This document shows positions 52,806-61,308 of a DNA stretch of 64,000 nt, in pieces; position 1 is the first letter of the stretch; each line of letters begins with the position of its first letter. The notes under the pieces were generated by a model. That model saw nothing but the letters and a program-made list of their open reading frames with translations, searched no databases and was not told the origin of the DNA. The position numbers and the translations under genes were made by a program. The DNA comes from an uncultured bacterium (GTDB lineage Bacteria > Babelota > Babeliae > Babelales > Babelaceae), in contig CAWKFG010000001.1 of assembly GCA_963848965.1 (NCBI GenBank), positions 384,001 through 448,000 of the forward strand, given 5' to 3'.

Positions 52806-53354
52806 TAGATTTTTTCTGTCCATTTATTTTATTGATAAAGTCTACCACTTTTTTAAATGTGTGACCGCATTCTCTCTTATGGCCTAGAATTCCTAAAGCC
52901 AGATAGAGTATTTTCCTGCTTGCAGATGAGATTTAAAGTAAGTATACTAAAAAAGAGAATAAATCATTTTTTGTCTTTGGATCTTAAAGACATTTGCGCA
53001 TAAGGGCTAAGCATGAATTTAAAATACTCATTTCTTCTTCTCTCATTGCTGCTTTCGGCATGGCCTCTTTTCTAAGGTACTGAGTTTCTTCAGCACCAGA
53101 CCCTCATTTTATCGTTTTATGTGCCCAATTACTGTTCTTTGGGTTTAGATATTCTTTTGCTTTTAGAAGTTCTACGTTAAATATATAGTCATTGATTTTA
53201 CGTGGGTTACTGCATTGTGCTCAATACCTTCTTCCTTAGCAAATAAGAAATCATAGTTATCATTAATTAGGGGTAGCTGAAGAAATATTAGATAGTTAGG
53301 TATATTATGCCTGAAATTCATAGAGCAATTCACTTAGATTATTGAGGAAAATAA

Positions 53355-53825
53355 ATGAAAAATCTTAATTTACCTAGTATTCATTATTTAGATAGTAAAC
53401 AGATAAAATACAAAGTTCTCCATCTTACTTCGGTAGCGCGTAGTGCACACGATGTGCAAAGGCTTTATGGCTGTTCTCTTGAGCAAATTTTAAAAACTCT
53501 TGTACTCATAAGCAATGAAGGACCTCTTATTGCTGTAATTCAAGGTAGTGAAGAGTTATCATTTGAAAAGGTTAAAGCCTTCTTTAATCTTACTGCTTTA
53601 AGATTTGCAACAGCAAAAGAAGTTCTGGCTATTACTGGCTATGTTGTAGGTGGTGTTTCTCCTTTTGGGTTACCAGAAAATATAAGAAAGATAGTTGATA
53701 AGAAAGCTTTCGACCAGCAAACTTTAAATATGGGAGGAGGAACTCCTTTTATTGGTCTAGAACTTTCTGCTGCTGACTTTAAAAGCGTATGGGATGGATA
53801 CATAGATAGTATTTTAGCCGCATAA
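53355..53825 (+). CDS. YbaK/EbsC aminoacyl-tRNA deacylase
   Basis: ILKTLV, TGYVVGGVSPFG, GGG. Confidence 0.88.
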   Translation: MKNLNLPSIHYLDSKQIKYKVLHLTSVARSAHDVQRLYGCSLEQILKTLVLISNEGPLIAVIQGSEELSFEKVKAFFNLTALRFATAKEVLAITGYVVGGVSPFGLPENIRKIVDKKAFDQQTLNMGGGTPFIGLELSAADFKSVWDGYIDSILAA

Positions 53826-53967
53826 CAAATAAGGTAGCTACAAAACATACATTGACGTGTAAATCTGCTTGAAGTTTTAACAAAGAGCAGCTCACAATTG
53901 ACAGTTAAGTCACTCTTGCTATTCTAATGCAAAATACTTTTATTCGTAAAGTAGGGGCTTCTTTAGC

Positions 53968-56508
53968 ATGAAAAAGTTGTGTTTTTATATAATAAGAGTA
54001 ATGGTTATTAGCTGCCATTTTCTTTCATTGTTGGCTATGGAGAAAGAGAAAGCAGGCTATAAAAAGGGTATAGAGCATTATAAACACAATGAATTTGAAC
54101 AATCAGTAAAGCAATTAAAACAGGCAGTTAATAGCACTGATGAATTTATAAAAGCACATGCTTTACATGCAATTGGTACTATCTATTTAAAGCAAAAAGA
54201 TTATGAGAAAGCAGAGATATATCTCTTGCGATCTTTGGCATGTAAAGAAAGACCAAATGCGCTTTTTAATAATTTAGGAATAGTATATTGGAAAACGTGG
54301 CGAATAGAAAAAGCTATAGAGTGTTTTAAACAAGCCTTAGCTGTAAAAGATGAGTGTGTTCAGCAGAACATTGCTATTTTATTAAAGGACCACCTTGCAC
54401 ACTCTTTTGCACCAGAAGCTTTACAATCGCTTGCTTTTGACAATAGAGAAGATATACAAGGTAAAGAGGAACAAGTGTCTCAAGAAAAGGCAGGTGAGCC
54501 TGTTACCTATAAAGAGCCTGAAACAAATAATATAGTAGCAATTGAACCTGTTGTGCCTAAAAAGCCAGAGCCTCGCCGTAAACACCGCAAAAAACCAAAG
54601 CGCACAAGTGTAAAACAAGAAGATCCAAAGGAAAAAAAAGAAACAGAGGAATCACCAAAGAAAGAAAATAACAATACATTGTATGAATGGCGCTGTGAGC
54701 ATATTTTTTCTCATAAACTACTGCAAGGGCATAAAGATCCTTGTGGCACTGCACTTGCTCTTTATTGTAATAAAGATGGCACAGAGCTTGCTATTCTTAC
54801 CTATAACTATTTATATCTTTGGGATACTCAAACAGGGATCTGTAAAGCTATTAAAGAGCTGGCAGATAAGGTAACCATTGCTCTTGCAAAAGATCATCCT
54901 CTAGTTTCTTGGAATGAAGATACACGAGAGCTTTATGTAGTGACAGCTACAGGAATTATAAAAGTACATGCTTTAGATGAATCACCCTTTCACCTTGTAC
55001 TTAAAAAAGAGGGAACCCTGTGGCCTCAAGGGCAATCGCATGGAACATTTAATAAAAATACTACTTTGTTTGCAGCTCTTATAGAACATGCAGGACAAAA
55101 GCTGTTAGTATATTGGGATTTAGAAAGTGGTCGTATGAAGATTCTTGATAAAGGTCCCTTTCTAACAACTCTTATTGGTTTACACTTTACCCATGATAAC
55201 AAGTTATGTGGGGTAATGAAAAATGGTCTTATGAAGGTATGGGATCTAGCTGGTAATTGTTCTACGTCTCAACTACAGGTCAATGGTACAAAAATGATTA
55301 GTGCGAGCGTAAGTCCTGATGGGCGTCTTATCTCTATGAGGGCTGCTGACGGTACAAAGCTATTTTCCTCTGCTACTCTTAAAGAGTTGCCTATACTCCA
55401 AGAGTCTAATTCTGCAGGCTATTTTGCTCGTGACGGTAGTTGTATAGTCGTAGCATATGCGAGCGGAAATATTACAGTATTTTCTGGTGAAGGAAAGGTA
55501 CTTTCTACTTTACAAGCAGGTCGAGAGCGCTTTTTACAAGTATGCTTAAATAACAGTAATGATATGTTTTTTGCTCGTACTGAATCAGACAAAATACAAA
55601 TCTGGAAGCGTTTTGAAGTACCTGAAGTTCGGGTAAACCAAGAGCAGTTACCTCTAGTAAAAGAGCAGCCAGTTCCTGCTTTATTTATACGAATATATTG
55701 CCCTAATATACAGTTTGAAGGTGATTTAGCTAGTGTAGAGGGAGATATTGTGCAGGAAAATGTGACTACTGTATTATGTGATAGTTCAAAACATTACATA
55801 TCTATCTATATGGCACATGGTTCTACTATTATAGTACGTCCGGCAAGGCAAGACCAGTTTGAACTACCAGTACAGCATAAGGGCTATATTTGGGTTTTAC
55901 GAACAATTAAACATCGAGGTGTGCTTGCTTCTGCAGGAGAAGATTGTTTAATCCATCTGTGGAATTTAAAGGAAAGAGATTGCTGTGGGCTTTTAAAAGG
56001 ACATAAGGCACCGATATGGTCTTTAGCATATGATGAAGAAACTGAAACTTTATTTTCGGGAGCTCAAGATGGAGTTATTCATAAGTGGAATCCTAAATAC
56101 AGTGAGTTGATAGGATCATTCATTGGGCACACTAAGAGAGTAAATGATGTAAAATCTTTTGCTGTTTTACAAGATGCGCAAATTCCTTCCAAAATACTCC
56201 TTTCGGCTTCAGATGACTGTACTGTGCGATTGTGGAATAGAGAAACTGGTACCTGTATTAAGATATTTACAGGGCATACAAAGCCAGTAAGACAGGTTAC
56301 TTATTGTAATAAACATGATCTTGTTGTTTCAACAAGCGAAGATTATACTCTGAGGTTATGGGATATACGTTCTGGAGAATGCCAAAAAGTAGAGGGGCTT
56401 TTAAATTTTCGGGTAAAAAAAGTTACTGTAAACGAACAAGAAGATTTTATCAGCGTTGTATATAGTGATGGTACAACTAGTACCTATCCAATTGTAAAGA
56501 AAGTATGA
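53968..56508 (+). CDS. exported TPR + WD40 repeat protein
   Basis: LLA-MEK; NNLGIVY TPR; GH...WD/WN repeats; basic linker. Confidence 0.9.
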   Translation: MKKLCFYIIRVMVISCHFLSLLAMEKEKAGYKKGIEHYKHNEFEQSVKQLKQAVNSTDEFIKAHALHAIGTIYLKQKDYEKAEIYLLRSLACKERPNALFNNLGIVYWKTWRIEKAIECFKQALAVKDECVQQNIAILLKDHLAHSFAPEALQSLAFDNREDIQGKEEQVSQEKAGEPVTYKEPETNNIVAIEPVVPKKPEPRRKHRKKPKRTSVKQEDPKEKKETEESPKKENNNTLYEWRCEHIFSHKLLQGHKDPCGTALALYCNKDGTELAILTYNYLYLWDTQTGICKAIKELADKVTIALAKDHPLVSWNEDTRELYVVTATGIIKVHALDESPFHLVLKKEGTLWPQGQSHGTFNKNTTLFAALIEHAGQKLLVYWDLESGRMKILDKGPFLTTLIGLHFTHDNKLCGVMKNGLMKVWDLAGNCSTSQLQVNGTKMISASVSPDGRLISMRAADGTKLFSSATLKELPILQESNSAGYFARDGSCIVVAYASGNITVFSGEGKVLSTLQAGRERFLQVCLNNSNDMFFARTESDKIQIWKRFEVPEVRVNQEQLPLVKEQPVPALFIRIYCPNIQFEGDLASVEGDIVQENVTTVLCDSSKHYISIYMAHGSTIIVRPARQDQFELPVQHKGYIWVLRTIKHRGVLASAGEDCLIHLWNLKERDCCGLLKGHKAPIWSLAYDEETETLFSGAQDGVIHKWNPKYSELIGSFIGHTKRVNDVKSFAVLQDAQIPSKILLSASDDCTVRLWNRETGTCIKIFTGHTKPVRQVTYCNKHDLVVSTSEDYTLRLWDIRSGECQKVEGLLNFRVKKVTVNEQEDFISVVYSDGTTSTYPIVKKV

Positions 56509-56608
56509 TAATTTCAAAAGTCTAGCAACGGAAGATTCTGTGCTAAATAATTGATCAGAGTTTCGTATAATGAGCCTACGTTTGCAGTTGCCAATATATT
56601 AACTCTGC

Positions 56609-57541
56609 TTATTGCTTGGCTCTTTTACTTAAAAGCAAGTTTACTATATCTTTATGACCAAATTGAATAGCATACTTTAAGGCAGTTTTACCATCTTCAG
56701 CTTGTGCATTAATATCAGCCCCTTGTTGTAATAAAAATTCTACGATATCTTTGTAACCGTTTCTTGCAGGATTTAATAAGGCGGTTTTGCCAAAATCATC
56801 TCGAGCGTTAACATCAGCTCCTGCTTCTATAAGAAGTTCTACTACATCTTTATGTCCACTCATAGTAGCAAACATTAAAGCGGTATAACCATTATTATCT
56901 TTTGCATCAATATCTACGTTTTTATTTAACAATAGCTCAACTATTTCTTTGTGTCCGTATTTTGCGGCCCACATGAGTGGTGTCCAGCCATAGTCATCTC
57001 TTGCATTAGCATTAACTCCTTGGTCTAAAAGAGCTCTTACTGTTGAAAAGTTTTTTTCTACAGCGTCTAAAAGTTGTAATTCATGCGGGTGCCTTTGCAA
57101 CCATTCTTTTGTCCCTGTAACTGTAAGAGAGTGCGCTATATCTTCTTGTTTGCGAGGAGCTCTTTCTTTTTTATGTAAAACATGAATAAGAAAGTAGGTA
57201 AAGGAAAGACTATTGAAGATAGGGCTCAATTGATTATCTTTTAATACTTTTTTTATAATTGCTAGTGCTTCATTGTATATTGTAGGAGATTTGAGAATGG
57301 TTTCGATTATCTTGTAACATAGATATAAATCCAATTCTCGTTTAAGTTCTAATGGTAAAAGTGCAAAATGGCCTTCTTTATAAATATTTTCCAAAGCCAG
57401 ACTTGCTATAGGCAGTGCTGTGGTAATAATTTCCTTACTAGTAGGACCTGGATTGGGACTTTTTTGATCATGCGATATAGAGTGCATAGCTAAGGCACTA
57501 ATGAAGGAGGTACCGATAACAGCATAGAGTAGCTTTTGCAT
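56609..57541 (-). CDS. exported ankyrin protein with F-box-like motif
   Basis: FALLPLELKREL; about five ankyrin repeats. Confidence 0.9.
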   Translation of the reverse strand: MQKLLYAVIGTSFISALAMHSISHDQKSPNPGPTSKEIITTALPIASLALENIYKEGHFALLPLELKRELDLYLCYKIIETILKSPTIYNEALAIIKKVLKDNQLSPIFNSLSFTYFLIHVLHKKERAPRKQEDIAHSLTVTGTKEWLQRHPHELQLLDAVEKNFSTVRALLDQGVNANARDDYGWTPLMWAAKYGHKEIVELLLNKNVDIDAKDNNGYTALMFATMSGHKDVVELLIEAGADVNARDDFGKTALLNPARNGYKDIVEFLLQQGADINAQAEDGKTALKYAIQFGHKDIVNLLLSKRAKQ

Positions 57542-57683
57542 TTATTTTTCCTTTTATAACTTTATTATATATGTTTCATTGTAAATAATATATGTTTAAA
57601 TGTAAATAACGAATTGGAGCAACAATTTTGTGTGCGTCCTAATGCATAGCCAAAATGGGCTAAACGTCAAAAAAATGAACTTT

Positions 57684-58769
57684 TTATTTTTTAGCAAACT
57701 GCCTATACTCCTCAAAGCTTGGCAATTGAGGAAAATGCTTTAATAGATCCGGAATTTTTAGTACAGGTAACGTCTGGTATTGTGACAAGATTTTGTCATA
57801 ATCTATAGAGTAAAGTTTTTGGATCTGCTCTGCCTCTTCAAGTGCTTTTTTTGTAAGAGCTGCTATACAGTTATTATAGGCATTCTTTTTAGCTGGTGTA
57901 TTTGCAAGGCTTTGTAGTGCCATAATACCTCTATAGATAGTAAAAATAGTGCGAGCCAAAATTCTTGCCTTCCTTCGTGCTTGAGCATCTGTAGCGTCCA
58001 TAAGTTTATAGGCGATAATGAGCTCGTAAAGAGGAGGAATGCCAAGACTATAAAAATCATAATTTGGTTTAGCCATGAACAAGCGAGATATAGGTTCAGT
58101 ATCCCAAATGACAGCAAAACCATTAGAGTCAAAAACTATATTTTCTGACCGGACATCTGCAAAGTATGTTTGTCTAATAACCTCACATAAATCATGAAAC
58201 TGTTCGTCAGTCATTGATTCTAAGCGTTTTGTAAGGTCCGGTTTTATTTTTTCAGCTAGAACTGCAAAATTTCTGTCAAGCATCTTTCTATTAGCGCCAG
58301 GAAGTGGATAGGCATATTTTTTAGGAGCGCGAACTTTAGCTTTGAGTTTATTTGCTACATCGTTTATACGATCAGCTTCAACAATACGACTTAAATTATT
58401 TTGCGAAGTTAAAAGTTCTTTGACCGCTTGAAGTTTGATTACATAATCAGGAACGGTATCGGTTTCAAATACTATATAACGAACATATGAATAAAGTGGG
58501 CCTAATCGTTTGGGAACCTTAAAGAAATTGAATTCGTCTGGTGAATCTTCAAATTTTTTTAATAAGACTTCCATAGTATCCATATCATGAGCTGTAATAT
58601 CTGCTCTTTTAAAGAGATTGTCAAGCGATTCTCGTACAGAAGCAGGTGGCAAATGCTCTTGTACCCACTGCTGACTAAAAGGTGAAGCTGCATAACAACT
58701 AAGTGATACTACTATACTACTTAGTATGCCAATGAATTGAGAATAATATATAAATGAAGACATGGCCAC
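57684..58769 (-). CDS. exported atypical kinase-like protein
   Basis: YVIK, VLAEKI, ADVRSENI, IWDTE. Confidence 0.6.
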   Translation of the reverse strand: MAMSSFIYYSQFIGILSSIVVSLSCYAASPFSQQWVQEHLPPASVRESLDNLFKRADITAHDMDTMEVLLKKFEDSPDEFNFFKVPKRLGPLYSYVRYIVFETDTVPDYVIKLQAVKELLTSQNNLSRIVEADRINDVANKLKAKVRAPKKYAYPLPGANRKMLDRNFAVLAEKIKPDLTKRLESMTDEQFHDLCEVIRQTYFADVRSENIVFDSNGFAVIWDTEPISRLFMAKPNYDFYSLGIPPLYELIIAYKLMDATDAQARRKARILARTIFTIYRGIMALQSLANTPAKKNAYNNCIAALTKKALEEAEQIQKLYSIDYDKILSQYQTLPVLKIPDLLKHFPQLPSFEEYRQFAKK

Positions 58770-58962
58770 CTCGGTATTTATTTTTATAATTATAAAAGGC
58801 TAAATTAATCATAGTATAATTATATTTTATTCAATTTGAATATTTTAAGTCAATGGTGAGAGATTCAAGGTGTCAAGTGTCTTAGATTCGTTGTCAAAAA
58901 TATTCTGCATCTAAAAGGGTAATTCTTGTAACAGTTGATTGATATGAGATCTTGCAAATACT

Positions 58963-60138
58963 TTATAAGTTTTTTATGACCTGGTCTGTATTTTTCCATG
59001 ATACTATTTTACCGTTTGTTCGTATTTGGTCTTGACTGCCACCATAAATGACTATCGAAGTTTCGTTGCTATGTATTTCTTTTTTGAACCAAGCTAATGT
59101 TTTGAAAAAGTTATTTTGTATGGTTTCAAAAGACTTGATTTCTACGGGTATTGTACGACCACCAGCTTCTATAATAAGATCGATTTCGTTTTGATTGCTA
59201 TCTCTAAAAAAAGATAGACGGCATTGCATATTGAAGGCATAGCAGTTTTTTAGAAAGTCAGCGATAACCATATTTTCAAACAGAGCTCCATAAATAGTTC
59301 GATTCTTTGTTATGACTTCTCGGTTAACTCCCATAAGATGTGTGGCAAGACCGACGTCATAAAAGTAGAGCTTAGGAGATTTTGTAATCCTTTTACCGAG
59401 GTTATCTTGGTACGAAGGTAGTAGAAAAAGAATAAAACTAGACTCTAGGAGTGACAACCAGCTACGTGCTGTATTAATTGAGATACTACAATAAGTAGCT
59501 AACTGAGTAATATTTAAGGTCATTCCAATGCGTAATGCACATAGTTGAATAAATTTTTTAAAGCTTAGAACATTTTCAATATTTCTTACCGTACGTATAT
59601 CCCGTTCAACATATGTTGAGATGTAGTTTTCATAAAAATCTTTCTCGTTAACGTAAGGTTGGTATACACGAGGATAGAACCCTTTAAATAGTTGATCTTG
59701 AGGAGATTTACACAGTAACTGTGAATTCTGTAGTTCTTGTATTGAAAGCGGTAACAGAGTATAGAAATAAGCCCTGCCTGTTAAGGATTCGCTTATTTTT
59801 TCATGTAATAAAAAATTTTGAGATCCTGATAGAATATAATATCCTGGTTGTGGTTCTTTATCTGCTTCTACTTTTATTTGAGGAAATAGTTTTGGCGCAT
59901 ATTGTGCTTCGTCAATTATGATTCCATGCTCATTTTTATAATTGTTTAAAAATCCTTTAGGGTCTTGATTGGCAAACTCAAAAAGTTCAGTATCTTGCAT
60001 ATCTAAATAGGTATAATGGGGAAATAGCTCTTTGGCTAATGTGCTTTTTCCAGATTGTCGTGGGCCTATAATGGCTAAAATAGGTACTTGCTTTATACCA
60101 GATTTAATTGTCGGAGTTATAGATCTTTTAATAAACAT
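58963..60138 (-). CDS. AAA+ ATPase (AAA_14 + DUF4143)
   Basis: GPRQSGKS, IIDEAQ, SGSQ, ESLTGR, KLYFYDVG, EIDL..EIK. Confidence 0.92.
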   Translation of the reverse strand: MFIKRSITPTIKSGIKQVPILAIIGPRQSGKSTLAKELFPHYTYLDMQDTELFEFANQDPKGFLNNYKNEHGIIIDEAQYAPKLFPQIKVEADKEPQPGYYILSGSQNFLLHEKISESLTGRAYFYTLLPLSIQELQNSQLLCKSPQDQLFKGFYPRVYQPYVNEKDFYENYISTYVERDIRTVRNIENVLSFKKFIQLCALRIGMTLNITQLATYCSISINTARSWLSLLESSFILFLLPSYQDNLGKRITKSPKLYFYDVGLATHLMGVNREVITKNRTIYGALFENMVIADFLKNCYAFNMQCRLSFFRDSNQNEIDLIIEAGGRTIPVEIKSFETIQNNFFKTLAWFKKEIHSNETSIVIYGGSQDQIRTNGKIVSWKNTDQVIKNL

Positions 60139-60297
60139 TTTGCACCTTTCACTATATGAATATCATAACATATAGTGATCGATTTTCATAGATTTTTCTG
60201 TGTTTTAAGCACATTGGACAAAGTATTCCATGAAGGAGGTTATCAGGGCAATAAGGATCAGTGTATGAAGAAAGGCTTGCTGCTCATCTTTGCCTGT

Positions 60298-60993
60298 TTA
60301 ACTTTTTTGATGCATGGCACATTCAAGTATCTTTTCTGTAGTTATATTGTTTCTTAAGCGAGCAAAGCTTAGAGCTGTGTCACCATGAGGATTTTGAATG
60401 CTTGGATTTGCACCATACTCTAATAGTAGTTTAACATGAGCATCATAACCATTGAATGCTGCCAGCATTAACGGGGTCAAGCCTTCGCGGTTTTGAGCAT
60501 TAACCTTGGCTCCTGCTTTTAATAATAGTTCTGCTATAGATGTACTTCCAAGAGCCCTAAATAAAGCAGTTTCATTAAGTCTATCTTGAGCATTACTATG
60601 AGCACCAGCCTTAAGAAGGCGCTCTACTATGTCTTTATGGTTACCTGCTGCAGCGGACATTAATGGAGTGTTACCAGATTCACCTTGAGTATTAATGTTG
60701 GCACATGCATTAAGAAGAAGCTCTACTATTTCTTTGGATCCTCGTCTTGCAGCGTATATTAAAGCAGTGTCGCCATACTGGTTTTTTGCATTAACATCAG
60801 CACCTTTATTAATAAGCTCTTTTACGGTATCTACTTTACCTGTTTGTGCTGCCATCATTAAAGGAGTTTGGTCGCCGCTCCATAGTATGAAGTGTTGGTT
60901 ATCATCAAGACTTATAACTCTAATTTCTTCCATTCCAAGAGCATTGATAGTGAATCCAATTATTCCTGTGAGTACTATAATTTTCATAAACAC
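60298..60993 (-). CDS. exported ankyrin repeat protein
   Basis: ALG-MEE; five to six ankyrin repeats. Confidence 0.92.
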   Translation of the reverse strand: MFMKIIVLTGIIGFTINALGMEEIRVISLDDNQHFILWSGDQTPLMMAAQTGKVDTVKELINKGADVNAKNQYGDTALIYAARRGSKEIVELLLNACANINTQGESGNTPLMSAAAGNHKDIVERLLKAGAHSNAQDRLNETALFRALGSTSIAELLLKAGAKVNAQNREGLTPLMLAAFNGYDAHVKLLLEYGANPSIQNPHGDTALSFARLRNNITTEKILECAMHQKS

Positions 60994-61113
60994 CTCATTG
61001 TAATTATTTATATTTTTATAATAGTATAATAAGTTTGTGCAATTTTCAACAACTTTAGGTTCTTTTCATAGAATTTCTCTATTGCTTGTAATATGGTATA
61101 ACTTTAGTGTGAG

Positions 61114-61308
61114 ATGGGAAGCTTATTATTTGAACGACTTAACGAACTTAAAATACAAACGCAGACGTATGATCACATCTCTTTATATACGGTAGAAGAA
61201 GCTCTTAGAGTAGCGAACTCTATTTCTGCAACACAAGGCTTGCAGCTTTCTGCCTTCACTCTCTGGACTTCTGGTGTTAGTCAGTATAATGATTACTACA
61301 AATTCTAA
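61114..61308 (+). pseudogene. ProX/YbaK-like editing protein 5' fragment
   Basis: L.EL.I....YDH..LYTVEEA, then unrelated sequence. Confidence 0.5.
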
